Assembly (NCBI GenBank): GCA_048938855.1
Contig: JBHLLT010000004.1
Span: 96,001-160,000 of the forward strand
Reading direction: 5' to 3'
DNA: 64,000 bases
DNA from: Promethearchaeota archaeon
GTDB taxonomy: Archaea; Asgardarchaeota; Lokiarchaeia; Sigyniarchaeales; SOKP01
The notes beneath the pieces were generated by a model. The model did no database searches and had not been told where the DNA came from. It was given only the letters and a program-made list of their open reading frames with translations. Positions 39,701 through 50,900 of the stretch are shown here, piece by piece. Both the position numbers and the translations under genes were made by a program. The stretch's first letter is position 1; each line of letters begins with the position of its first letter.

Positions 39701-39925
39701 TTAAGTTATATATTTTTTAAATTCATGAGCAAATTCTATTATCAAAAGTGTTTGATAAACTGGATGCCGTTCAGAAAATGGTATTTTTTCATGTCCATAG
39801 TAGATAAAGTCCTCAGAATTAGAAAATTTGGAAAAGGGAATAATAACGTTATTTAATTTCAGAGGTTCTGGTAAATCTTGAACAGGTATTTTTTGATATT
39901 TTTTATTTGTTGATTTTGAACTCAT
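39701..39925 (-). CDS. small protein, tandem paralog A
   Basis: IIPFSKF...IYYGHEKIPFSERHPVY shared with its neighbour; GGTGA site upstream. Confidence 0.75.
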   Translation of the reverse strand: MSSKSTNKKYQKIPVQDLPEPLKLNNVIIPFSKFSNSEDFIYYGHEKIPFSERHPVYQTLLIIEFAHEFKKYIT

Positions 39926-40019
39926 GCTTCTCTCACCTTTTAATATAGGATAGAATCTAAATTATATAAAGAAAAATATGGAGTCATTAGAGATTTTGTG
40001 ATTTCTATTGACTTAATAC

Positions 40020-40238
40020 TTATTTTTCACTAAACTCATTTAAAAGAGTAGATTTATAAAGAGGATGCCGTTCTTTGAAGATTATCTTTTCAGGTCCTTC
40101 ATAAATATATTCTGGACTTCTTGATATTCCAAACTTAGAAAAAGGAATTATTATTTTATTAAAATTAATGGAGTCCTCTTTATAGTCATCAAAACTGATG
40201 ATTATTAATTCCGTTTTTTCTAAAGATTGAGAACTCAT
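40020..40238 (-). CDS. small protein, tandem paralog B
   Basis: IIPFSKF...IYEGPEKIIFKERHPLY. Confidence 0.75.
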   Translation of the reverse strand: MSSQSLEKTELIIISFDDYKEDSINFNKIIIPFSKFGISRSPEYIYEGPEKIIFKERHPLYKSTLLNEFSEK

Positions 40239-40400
40239 GATTAAAACCTTTTCATTATTTTTTATTTTATCTAAATAGAAAACCTAAATATTCTTATAAA
40301 AAATCTATTGGAATGAAATTGAAGTTTTAGGATTCATGATTTTAAATACCAATTTAGCAAAAAGACTTAAAAAGAATGTCAAAAAGATAAATATCAAAAG

Positions 40401-41012
40401 TTGATTTTTATGAGCGAAATCAAAATCAAAAATACAACTAAATTTGTTGAATCCAAATGGTTTGGAATTAAACTCAGTCAAACATCGGTAGTTATTCTGT
40501 TTTTATTAGCATTATTCGGAATAATAGAAGAGTCAATGCTTCCTCTTTCAATTATCAGTATTATTAGATATGTTCTATTCGGATTTCGGACGTTAAGCTA
40601 TATATCAACACAGATATTCTTTTTCATAACAGGAGTAATTATTTTGTTAATTTCTTGTTATACTTTTTCTATATGTGTTAAATCTAAAAATGATAACAAT
40701 GAAATTCAAGAGGACAACAATATATCAATAAATGGTATCAGATGGTTTGGTTTTATATTATCTCGAACTTCTGCCACAATTCTTATGTTTTTAGCGATTA
40801 TTGGGATAATACCTACTATTTCTTCAATATACAATCAAATAATTAGTCTAATAGATGTGATTAAATCTTTTTTAATCTATGGATTAGATTGGTATGAACT
40901 ATTAGGTATAATCTTTATGTTCCATCTAATATCAATACTAATTTCTGAACTAATAATCTATTCATATTCAATAATACGATTTTCTCAATTAAAGAAAATT
41001 ATTGAAAGATAA
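40401..41012 (+). CDS. membrane protein with internal duplication
   Basis: WFGIKLSQTSVVILFLLALFGII and WFGFILSRTSATILMFLAIIGII repeats. Confidence 0.7.
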   Translation: MIFMSEIKIKNTTKFVESKWFGIKLSQTSVVILFLLALFGIIEESMLPLSIISIIRYVLFGFRTLSYISTQIFFFITGVIILLISCYTFSICVKSKNDNNEIQEDNNISINGIRWFGFILSRTSATILMFLAIIGIIPTISSIYNQIISLIDVIKSFLIYGLDWYELLGIIFMFHLISILISELIIYSYSIIRFSQLKKIIER

Positions 41013-41057
41013 AATTTACTGTAAAAACGATTAATTTATAATTATAACAGAAAGATC

Positions 41058-41333
41058 TTATCCTTTTCTTTTACTTTTTAGTTTTTTTAGATACAATTTC
41101 ATGAAATATCTTTCACTTTCACAAAATTCTAGTTTTTTCTCTTTGGAAAGATTAATACAGTTGAGTAAAATAGCATGAATTTTTTTAAGAGTCGTAAGAT
41201 TTTCGTCACATAAATTTTCAATATTTTTTTCTAGTTTTTCAACTGACTTACCTTCAGAATTCTTCAAACTTCTTTCTGAAGGCTCTCCATTATCTACTTT
41301 TATATGATATTTCTTATCAATTTTAGAATCCAT
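41058..41333 (-). CDS. hypothetical protein
   Basis: 91 aa ORF just downstream of the helicase. Confidence 0.5.
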   Translation of the reverse strand: MDSKIDKKYHIKVDNGEPSERSLKNSEGKSVEKLEKNIENLCDENLTTLKKIHAILLNCINLSKEKKLEFCESERYFMKLYLKKLKSKRKG

Positions 41334-41360
41334 ATGCCTTAGGCATTTTTATTATTTTGA

Positions 41361-43889
41361 TTACTTATCTTTAATAATTTTTTTACATAAGTTTATTCCC
41401 AATCCAGTTTTCTGATTAAGAACATAAGGATTTTCCTTTTTAACTTGTGTAGCTGTATGATAGCCCGCTTTATACAAAATTCTTGCCCTTACACGAGCAA
41501 CATCATGTAGTCTTAATACTAAATCGAACAATTCTTCATGAATGCCATAGTGTAGTCGAATTTTAAGAGTTTCACACATTTCAGCAATTCTAGTTAACTT
41601 ATCCTGAAGATCAATCCCATTTGTGCTTAAATTAGTAGCAATGATACCAATAAAGGTAATAATTCTTTCTAAATTATCTCTTACAGAAAATAGATCTCCT
41701 GCCATTATATTATATTTATCTAAAATTTGATCAATCGGTTCCTCATCTGCCCATTCTAAAATGGGTTGTAACATTTTATAGTCTTTTACACGGGATTCTG
41801 CTTTAAGAATATCAAAGGATTCTTTGATCAATTCTTGAAATGTATTAATTTCAACGTATTCAAGCTTAAATCTAATCATTACACCAGATACTGGATATAA
41901 ATATAATCTTATAATTAATTTCCCAAAATGAGAACATCTGATTAAACCATCTTCATCTTTTATAATTAAACCCTTCTCGAATAAATAAGACAAGATATAT
42001 TGATTTTTGACAGATTTTGGAACAATAGAATCGACATATTTTTGAAATTTTGGATCAGGAAGTTGGATTAAATAGAGCAAAAAAGAAGTAATATGTTTAC
42101 AGAACTCGAAGGAAAATTCATCATTTGCAAAGTTATCAGAGATACCATTTTTAAATCCACAAGTGCACTGTATACCAGTTTCTATATCAAATTGGCAATA
42201 ATATACTCCAAATGATGTCTTTACATATCCAGAGATATTTGAATCATTAAGTTTTGTTAATTTAACTTGATAATTACTTTCTTTTAATTCTCTTACAGTA
42301 TTCACATTAGTATGAAGTTTTAGGATATTAATTGGGGTGATTTCTTTTATCATAAGCAATTGTTCGATGGGAATCTTCTGTTCCTTCATTTTACTTTTTA
42401 TTCCATACCAGAAAAACGTCTTTTCGAAGAATTGCTTAAGCTGTTCTAAATTAATCTTCTTTTCTTCATAAATTCTCAACAATACTTGTTCCTTAAGAGT
42501 ATTGGTCTTGTTTAATCCTGAAGTGAGATCATTGTATCGTGGAATTGAAACATGCTTAAGCATATGATTTTGGAAAAAATAATCTTCCACCCATATTTTC
42601 TCATCAATATCTCTAACTAATATTATACCATATCCAACAGAATCAAGGCCAGGTCTTCCGGCTCTACCCAATATCTGGAATGCTTCATTTGCGGAAAAAG
42701 GTTTGAAATAAGAAAAACCATCCCCATTTTCGAAATAGCCAGAGAAATTTTTAAGATTGTGTCCAGATGTTACATACTTCTTAAAGTCTTTTAGGATAAC
42801 TACACGAGCAGGTGTGTTTATACCGGCAGAGAGCGTTGTGGTACAGCTGATTATTTTAATAATTCGTTTTCTAAAATTATCTTCAATAATTTTCCTCTCT
42901 TTTGGAAGGAGTCCAGCATGGTGAAATGCAACACCAGACTTTATTACTTTTTTTAAATCACGATGCCCCCCTTTAATTGAAGATAGCCTTTTTTCTAATG
43001 ATTTACAAACATTTAATTCATTCTCTTCAAGATATTTTTTTACAAGAATCTTAATATTTTCTGCTAGCTTCTGGGCTGCTTTCCGACGGTTAACAAAGAT
43101 AAGTACTTGTCCATTTTTCTCAAGAGTATATTTAATTATTTTTTTAATCGTTGAGTCCTTGTTTTGAGTAATTTCAATTTTATAGTGGAGTGGAACAGGA
43201 CGGTTATCTGATTTAATGAGGATTGTTTTATTTCCAAGTGAAGAAAGCCATGAATTAAAAAATTCTGCATTAGCTATTGTTGCTGAAAGTCCAATAATTT
43301 GTGGATTATGAAGGAATTCATTTAATCTAACTATTAAGGATTCTAACCTCGGACCTCTATCAGATTCACCAATAATATGAATTTCATCAATAATTATTGT
43401 TGAAATATTAAAGATCCACTCTTTATCGTAAAAATTCCTAAGAATTGAGTCCATTTTTTCATAGGTGGTCACTATTAAATCTGCTTTTTCTAATTTGAAG
43501 TCATCTACATCGTAATCACCTATAGAAAGTTCAATTTTTAACCCAAACCTACTATAATTTTTCTTAAAATGAGAATATTTTTCTGTAGCTAATGCTTTAT
43601 AAGGAACTAAATATATAGATTTTCCAAATTTTTGAAATATGTTATTTATAGCACACAATTCACCAATTAAGGTCTTACCGCTTCCAGAAGGCGCACAAAT
43701 TAAAAAGGATTTCCTAAAAAATAACCCCTTTTTGATACTGTCCATTTGAATTTGCCTTAGGTTAAAGATCTTTCCCTCAAAGAGTACACGCAGAACCCGT
43801 TTGTCAGATATATATTTAAATATTTCTTTTTCTGGATTGATTTCTAACTCTTTTTTTTTAATTTTATCTGTAAAATCTGTTAAGGATAT
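41361..43889 (-). CDS. Hel308/Ski2-like SF2 helicase with SWIM-type zinc-finger insertion
   Basis: APSGSGKT, DEIH, LSAT, FHHAGL, QILGRAGRPG; CTC...CKH insertion; frame open upstream through the Q-motif LRQIQ to ATA at 43889. Confidence 0.88.
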   Translation of the reverse strand: MSLTDFTDKIKKKELEINPEKEIFKYISDKRVLRVLFEGKIFNLRQIQMDSIKKGLFFRKSFLICAPSGSGKTLIGELCAINNIFQKFGKSIYLVPYKALATEKYSHFKKNYSRFGLKIELSIGDYDVDDFKLEKADLIVTTYEKMDSILRNFYDKEWIFNISTIIIDEIHIIGESDRGPRLESLIVRLNEFLHNPQIIGLSATIANAEFFNSWLSSLGNKTILIKSDNRPVPLHYKIEITQNKDSTIKKIIKYTLEKNGQVLIFVNRRKAAQKLAENIKILVKKYLEENELNVCKSLEKRLSSIKGGHRDLKKVIKSGVAFHHAGLLPKERKIIEDNFRKRIIKIISCTTTLSAGINTPARVVILKDFKKYVTSGHNLKNFSGYFENGDGFSYFKPFSANEAFQILGRAGRPGLDSVGYGIILVRDIDEKIWVEDYFFQNHMLKHVSIPRYNDLTSGLNKTNTLKEQVLLRIYEEKKINLEQLKQFFEKTFFWYGIKSKMKEQKIPIEQLLMIKEITPINILKLHTNVNTVRELKESNYQVKLTKLNDSNISGYVKTSFGVYYCQFDIETGIQCTCGFKNGISDNFANDEFSFEFCKHITSFLLYLIQLPDPKFQKYVDSIVPKSVKNQYILSYLFEKGLIIKDEDGLIRCSHFGKLIIRLYLYPVSGVMIRFKLEYVEINTFQELIKESFDILKAESRVKDYKMLQPILEWADEEPIDQILDKYNIMAGDLFSVRDNLERIITFIGIIATNLSTNGIDLQDKLTRIAEMCETLKIRLHYGIHEELFDLVLRLHDVARVRARILYKAGYHTATQVKKENPYVLNQKTGLGINLCKKIIKDK

Positions 43890-43910
43890 CCATAATCACC
43901 TAAGATTATA

Positions 43911-44153
43911 TTAATACGGATTTGTCCATTTTTTCATGAGTTCTTGAAAAGTTTGTGAATCTCTTGAAATCTCAATACTCTCAATAACTCCTAAGTTTCT
44001 AATTTTTAAGTCTGAATTAATATAGCAAATTAAGGCATGAAGAGGTTCTCCATGTAAATGAATATGGGGAAAATAGATATCAGTATTTATCTTTTTTGTA
44101 AATTGTATCTCAATCCCAAGAGTTATCCTTTCTTTACACAAGGGACATACCAC
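43911..44153 (-). CDS. small Cys/His metal-binding protein
   Basis: CPLC...HIHLHG..H; start may lie further upstream (frame open to 44219). Confidence 0.65.
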   Translation of the reverse strand: MVCPLCKERITLGIEIQFTKKINTDIYFPHIHLHGEPLHALICYINSDLKIRNLGVIESIEISRDSQTFQELMKKWTNPY

Positions 44154-44318
44154 ATTTTGTGATTTATATTTAACTTCCTTAATATCCCTAATTTTTCCAA
44201 AAACTATAACGATAATAGATCACTTGATAATTTCTATTCAATTAACTACTTATGGGAATGAGTCAATATAAAGAAAAAAAGTCAAAATATTTATTGTCAA
44301 AATTATCTTTACCTTCGA

Positions 44319-44333
44319 TTTTTTCTTTAAATA
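44319..44333 (+). promoter_or_regulatory. block-specific promoter TTTTTTC-TTTAAATA
   Basis: Exact motif heading the 44396-52172 operon; divergent variant at 44265-44280. Confidence 0.7.
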
Positions 44334-44395
44334 CCAACATCAATATTTAATCTTTAAATAGAAACAATTCCATATTCTAACCTTTTACGATATAT

Positions 44396-46393
44396 ATGAC
44401 AGATACTCAAGAAGGCTTAATGCAAAAAAAATCGGATTTAAAATTTTACTACAAAATGGCTCAAGAAGCCTTTCAGGCAAATGATGTAGATCAAGCACTT
44501 AAAATATCAAAGAGTGGTCTTGAACAAGCTAAATTACAAAATAAAGGAGATTGGGTGGTTAAGTTTGATACTTTTAATATAAATGTTTCTCAACTTCAAT
44601 CATTAGTTCCGAGTATTAAAAGAGAATCCCTTACAATCTTGAAAGGAATAGGTTTAAGGGTCGCCGAAAAACTAACAAAAATTGGCATTAATTCAATTTC
44701 AGATTTAGCAGAATCATTCCCTAGAAAAATTGCTCAAATTGATGGTGTTGGATTAGTGAAAGCTCAGAAAATTATAGATAATGCGAAGAAGTATGTTGGA
44801 ATGAAAAAATTAAATGATTTTTCTGATACAAATATTTCTAAAGAAGACTTAAAAGCGAAAGAAGAATCAAACAAAAAACAAGAACCTACAAGGTGGTTTG
44901 ACGAAAAATTTAAAAAACTAGAAACAGAAAAATGGTATCCACCAGAAGCGGAAATTTCTGAAACCGAGATTGTTGATGAGAATTTAGAAGATTATATGGG
45001 TACTGATGAAAATATCAATGATTTTTTCGATGAGAATATTGAAGAGCATTATGAACCAGTTGTTAATTATTATGATTCGGATACTAAGATTGATTTGGAT
45101 GAACCGAGAGGATTAAGAGAACCTGACTCAAAAGATTCTTTAATAATTTCACCAGAATTAGTTCGACAATCCAATCTTAAGATACAAGAACAAGATCCTA
45201 TTTTTAAAGAGACACTTAGCCCATCTCAATTCCAGGAAAATATTACAGCAGTTATTAAAACATTTGAATTATCTGAATTCGTTACTATTAAAAAGATTCC
45301 CAACCTGAGAAGGCTATTTACTGGAATTGACCTAATAGCAATAAAACTTGTCCAAGTAAAAGAATTCTTAGATTTAATATATATTATCCCAATTAAATTC
45401 AGTTCTTTAAAAGGTTCTATAATTACTTCAAGTAATACTATTAAATATAGATCTGTAGAAAATTACTCTGAAAAGGATTTTCAGTTGGACCAGTTATCCC
45501 AATCATACATTAAAGCTATTTCAAATGCTCTAAATGTTATTGAAGAAGATCTTTTGAATAATGGTAGCTTTTTTCGGTTTTTATCAAAATACTTGAAAAT
45601 TAATATCTTCCTTGAAAAAACCATTACTCATAAAAAGCTTTTCTTTCGCTCCGGTCCAGTCCAATATAAAGTTTTGATTGAACCGCTTTTACTTTGCCAT
45701 AATAACGTTGGATTTACTGAAAAAATCGTTCCTTTTGCATACCAAAAACGAATAAATTTGCATGTTTTATCACAATCTCAATTACAAGATTTTTTACAAT
45801 ATATTGATCAAAAATATTATTTGATTGAAACATATAGCGAGCAAAATAATGCATTAGCTCTCAATTGTGAAGCAATTAATAAATTCATAAGAGATTTACG
45901 GAAGTATTCTACACCCTTCATGCTTTATGGTTTTTTATTTCTATTAATATTACTATTCCAATGGTATACAGTCTTATCTTTCTTAATTAATTTAGGTTAT
46001 GGGATAATTTCACTTTACATTGTTGTAGTAGGGTATATTTATCTAAAGCTCTATAATCAAAAATCAGAAATCCAGCGTGATTTTTCTATACCATATTATC
46101 AAAAGAACTTCGATTTCGATGAGACAAATCTTATCTTAATTAATGAAGAACTGAGCCCAAGATTTATGGAACAGTTTGTTTATGAATGTATTGAAAAAGA
46201 CAGTAATCTTAATTTCATAAATCAAATAGAACAGAAAAACGCCGAAACCTTTCTTAGAAATAAATTAAATAAGATAAAAATAGATGATTCTCAGCTCTTC
46301 GAACCCGAAGACAACACTCAATCTGCAGAAAATAAAGAATCCAAGCTTAAAAACAAATTAGTAGATAAATACAGCTCATTTTTGGAGGATTAA
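44396..46393 (+). CDS. membrane protein with tandem HhH DNA-binding motifs
   Basis: LKGIGLRVAEKL and IDGVGLVKAQKI HhH motifs, acidic linker, two TM near the C-terminus. Confidence 0.75.
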   Translation: MTDTQEGLMQKKSDLKFYYKMAQEAFQANDVDQALKISKSGLEQAKLQNKGDWVVKFDTFNINVSQLQSLVPSIKRESLTILKGIGLRVAEKLTKIGINSISDLAESFPRKIAQIDGVGLVKAQKIIDNAKKYVGMKKLNDFSDTNISKEDLKAKEESNKKQEPTRWFDEKFKKLETEKWYPPEAEISETEIVDENLEDYMGTDENINDFFDENIEEHYEPVVNYYDSDTKIDLDEPRGLREPDSKDSLIISPELVRQSNLKIQEQDPIFKETLSPSQFQENITAVIKTFELSEFVTIKKIPNLRRLFTGIDLIAIKLVQVKEFLDLIYIIPIKFSSLKGSIITSSNTIKYRSVENYSEKDFQLDQLSQSYIKAISNALNVIEEDLLNNGSFFRFLSKYLKINIFLEKTITHKKLFFRSGPVQYKVLIEPLLLCHNNVGFTEKIVPFAYQKRINLHVLSQSQLQDFLQYIDQKYYLIETYSEQNNALALNCEAINKFIRDLRKYSTPFMLYGFLFLLILLFQWYTVLSFLINLGYGIISLYIVVVGYIYLKLYNQKSEIQRDFSIPYYQKNFDFDETNLILINEELSPRFMEQFVYECIEKDSNLNFINQIEQKNAETFLRNKLNKIKIDDSQLFEPEDNTQSAENKESKLKNKLVDKYSSFLED

Positions 46394-46396
46394 GAA

Positions 46397-47128
46397 ATGA
46401 AAAAAAAAATAACTCAAAGCTTTCGAATAATATATTTTATTGGTCTTATCTTGCTGTTTTTTTCACTATTCTTAGATTGGTATTCATTCCAGATCTATGA
46501 TTTTGATAATGAGCTCGTTGTCTCCTGGAGTTATTATTTTTTTATTGGATGGATAACGCCTTTTTCTGAAAGTTCTCCTCTTAATGAAGCAATTAAACCC
46601 AAAGATGTTTCAATTCCTTTTATAGTTAATATTTTATTGCTCCTTGCTTTAATTGCCTCTGGTTATATTGTTTTACTAAAAAATGTTGATCAGGCTACTA
46701 ATATTAAGTCATATAATAAGTATGGCCATGTGAATGGATTTCTACTTTTTTTAATAGCCTATTATATCATAATATGCCCCGTGATGTATTTAATACCAAA
46801 TGAGCTTTATTATCCTCTCCTAAATATACGAAATTATGATTCAGAACTTATCAAATGGTATACTATTGGTCCAAGTTATATTTTACAGTTAATCTCATTT
46901 CCATTAATCTTCCCTTACTCCGTTTTCTATTTTAAAACAATAAGTAAATTCATACAACAGGAACGCACTCCAGAAAAAAATTTTCATAGAATGATTCAGG
47001 AATCTCAAGAGCTACTTGATTTGGATCAATATATTGCTGAAGAAGAATTAAAGAAAGAATGCGATCCCCAAACAGCTAAAGATGATATCAACAATATTTT
47101 AACTACATTTATAGAGGGAAAATATTGA
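46397..47128 (+). CDS. four-TM membrane protein
   Basis: SLFLDWY first TM and three more TM; coupled in operon. Confidence 0.75.
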   Translation: MKKKITQSFRIIYFIGLILLFFSLFLDWYSFQIYDFDNELVVSWSYYFFIGWITPFSESSPLNEAIKPKDVSIPFIVNILLLLALIASGYIVLLKNVDQATNIKSYNKYGHVNGFLLFLIAYYIIICPVMYLIPNELYYPLLNIRNYDSELIKWYTIGPSYILQLISFPLIFPYSVFYFKTISKFIQQERTPEKNFHRMIQESQELLDLDQYIAEEELKKECDPQTAKDDINNILTTFIEGKY

Positions 47129-47985
47129 ACTTACAAGTAATTGATGCGAAACTGAAGAATCTAATTCAAGTATGTAAAGAAACTAAGAACTATAAAAAAT
47201 TAGCAGTAGTAAGTTTTGTATTAACAAGTAATAAAGTTAATGAGATTGGTATTAATCTTGGAGTAAGACCTAGAGATAAGGGTTCAGGAGAAAAAATTTT
47301 TGAATATATGGAAACAATAAATAAAATATTTGAAACCAATTTAAAAATCCCAATCTTTCAATTAGGCCATATAGAAACAATTAGAGAATGTGAGACTCTT
47401 TTTCTCAAAAGTAGAGGAAATATTCCCTATGATTATATCAAAACAATATTTCAAGTCTATTATGAATTAAGGAAATTGGATATACTTAATCTACATAAAA
47501 GATTGGAATATGATGATTTTATAGAGTCCTCCAAGTTGGGTATTTTTTCTTTTTTATCTCCGAAAGCGAACCGGAAAGAGAAAAACTCAAGTGATTTACG
47601 ACCATTAATTTTACAAAAGATTAGGGAACGAGAAGCTAGAATTCAAAAAAATCTTAAATTAAAATTAGATAGTCACCAATTCGAGACCGCAATCTATTTG
47701 AGATCAATTAAAAATTCACTCATAAATAATAAAAAAGGAAAAATAACAATTCACGGAGCGCTTAAGGATAATATCAAGTATCAAAACTCAATCGAAAATA
47801 TATATGGGTATTTTCTTATTGGATTGATCATTCTACTTATCTCGATAGGAGTGATAATCCTCATAGAATTAACCGTAACGCCATTTTCTTCAAGCGAGTT
47901 AAGTGTTTGGACATTATTTTTCTTTGGGGGCACAATTTTATTAATATTCATATATATAAAAATGTACAGAAGGGAGAGGCTATAA
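47125..47985 (+). CDS. protein with two C-terminal TM helices
   Basis: TTG start overlaps the upstream stop; C-terminal hydrophobic hairpin. Confidence 0.75.
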   Translation: MNLQVIDAKLKNLIQVCKETKNYKKLAVVSFVLTSNKVNEIGINLGVRPRDKGSGEKIFEYMETINKIFETNLKIPIFQLGHIETIRECETLFLKSRGNIPYDYIKTIFQVYYELRKLDILNLHKRLEYDDFIESSKLGIFSFLSPKANRKEKNSSDLRPLILQKIREREARIQKNLKLKLDSHQFETAIYLRSIKNSLINNKKGKITIHGALKDNIKYQNSIENIYGYFLIGLIILLISIGVIILIELTVTPFSSSELSVWTLFFFGGTILLIFIYIKMYRRERL

Positions 47986-47986
47986 T

Positions 47987-50900
47987 GTGACAAAAGATTT
48001 CTCATATGAATCTGTATCAGGAATAACCAATTTTGGAAAGGAAGATAATAGAAAAAAATATATGATACTCGAAGAGAAAGAAGAAAAAAAAAGATATTTA
48101 AGAATATGGAGCACAAATCCATCATTTAAAGATACGAATAATAAATTTTCATTAGTAAAAACTGCTTTTTTACTAATTTTATCTCTCTTTATTATTATAT
48201 CAATGTATATTTTAAATCAGCAACTAATTATTTCAATTATTACTGGACTTTTATGCGGGGTTTTATTTATCATAGTGTTTTATGATGAGATCTATACATT
48301 GAAATACTTAATACCTTTTGTATTTAAGAACACTGTATCTTTTAATCCATTTGAGAATATTGTTTTTTGGTTAAACAAAAAAGATTCTGCTACATTATAC
48401 CTCTCTAACAGAAGAGATACGGTTCACATGGCTATTAGAATATTTCAGATAACAGTGATTCCCGAAAATATTCATTCTGCTATTCATCAGTTTATAAAAG
48501 CGCTGAGTTCTAAAAATTTAAGGTTATCATATTCATATCAAGTTATTCAAAAACCAATTATTTCTACATTGCAAGAAAATATGTCAAAGGAGACAGCTAT
48601 AAGTTCCTTGGAGTCAAGAGAAGCAAAAATCTATTTCTCTATATTTTATAATTCAATTGGATTACTTACTAACCATAAATTGGATCAAATACAATATTTT
48701 ATCAAAAAACATTCTGTAGATCTTAAAAGTAATCTTGTTAGTAATTTTCACCACTTTAAAGTTAAAATACTCACAGGAAATTCATTAGTTAATGCTTTAA
48801 GAACATTTTTCATTCAAGAGAAGTCTGATCAAGATAATTTTGAAAGCAAAAAAGAAACTTTGAAAGAATTTAAACCAAGATTTTTAGCTAAATTCTTAAT
48901 GTGGATTACGTTGATTGTTTATTTTGATTTTGTATTTTTTTCAATGGAACTGTTTGTTTTATACATCATTTTCATCAATTTGGGCTTAATTACAATACTG
49001 GTGTTAATTTGGTGGAGATCAATATTATTCCAATATACAAAATCTAAATTATTACAAGATGATGATATTTTAATTATAAATCCATTCAAGAATGTTTTTT
49101 TTTACCATTTTAGACAGTTCCCCTATACATTATTTGTTCATATTAACAATCAAATTCTCATTGGAATGAAGATGGTTAATCTCAAGTATATTTATCAAAC
49201 CCCCTTTTGTCTTCTTAGTAAGTTTATTGAAAGTCTGAATAATCATAAAATATCTTTTAGTTATACACTAAAAAATCAACCCATTGATTATTATGAGTTC
49301 TATAAAAAAGGGTTGAAATACATCAATGAAAAACATAAATCACTCATACTTTGGAGAGATGATACGAAAATTAAAGATGCCATTCAAGCTGAACATTGGT
49401 TAAGTTACCGTTATGGAATGTGGTATAGTATGCTTACTATGACCATAAATAGTTATAGATTCTCCAATTCACTTGATAATGGTATAATTTCCGAAATGGA
49501 AGATGAGTTAACTATTAAGATTGATGCCCTAAGAGGAGCATTTAATATTAACTTTCAAGGCTATGAAATTGAGGATTTAAAAGCACACAATTTAATTTCA
49601 GGGTACATGTTTTCGACCTTGAAGAACAACTTATTTCAGTTAATTGGTAGCCACCTTAATTATGTCATGTTACAAGGAACATCTATGTATCCCCTGTCAA
49701 CGATTGTAGATATTCTTAAAAAGGGGACTAAAACAAAAATCGCAGCTGAATTTAACACTCCCCTCTATTTAGAAAATCACATCACTATTGGACACACAAT
49801 TAATACTGAAGTATTAGAACCTGAAATACCTGTAGGGTTTACTTTAGACCAATTGAAGAATTTACTTATAGTAAATGGGAAATCAGAAACAAGAGATACC
49901 ATTTCTATGAAAATTGTTTTAGAATTGATAGAGTCAAAAGTTCCTTCTCTAATTTTTGATTTTACAGGAAACTGGTCTAAGTTGTACAGCTATTTTGAAG
50001 ATTCTACGTTTAAAAAGGATATATTGCATTTTAAATATGGAAGTGCTTTCATAATCGATCCTACTAAATCAGACATCCCTTATGATCCTCATAATACAGA
50101 TTATTTAGAATTTGTATTTGATGCGTTTGGATTAGCGTTTAAGAAAGGTGAGAGAACAATTGAAATGTTTCGAAATACTCTCCAAAAAAATCCTGATATG
50201 GATTTGGGTTCAATTCGTATGGCCTTACAGAATCAAAGTGAATGGGAAAAAAGCCCAATAAATGACACTTTGCTTTCATTGTTTTCAGATTTTACCCAAG
50301 ATGATTTGAGTTTCTTTCAAGTGATACAAAAAGACAGTATCGTAGCAAATCAATTCATTCAAAATTCAAAGACTATCATAATCGACCTTTCTTTTCTAAG
50401 AGAATTAAATAAGAAAATATTTTTAACGTTCATTATTCTGGCGAAAATTATTCATTATGTTAAAGAAAACAGAGATTTCCATGAAAAATTTATAATAATT
50501 CCAAGTATTGATATTTTTTTTGATTCCTACTTCCTAGAGTTAAAAAGGAATTATGATAAAGTAGATCTTTTCTTAAAGCCTTTACTAGAAAATAATTTTG
50601 GTCTTATTCTGTCAGCAAATCAAATACATTATCTCCATACCAACTTTTTACTTTATTTTAATAATATCATCTCACTTAAAGCCACTGATGTCAGAGATGT
50701 TTCAATTTTGCGTAATCTAATGAATTTACAGGAAATTGAGGGCATTGGATATTATACTAAGAGCCGAAATCAGACATACCAAATAGGGTATCTAAAGAAT
50801 ATGAAAGATAATGAAGTTTTAATTCGGAGAGAAGATATTGACCAACCATTTCCGGCATACATAGAATGGAAAGAGATATCTGAAAAAAATCCGCTCTCGT

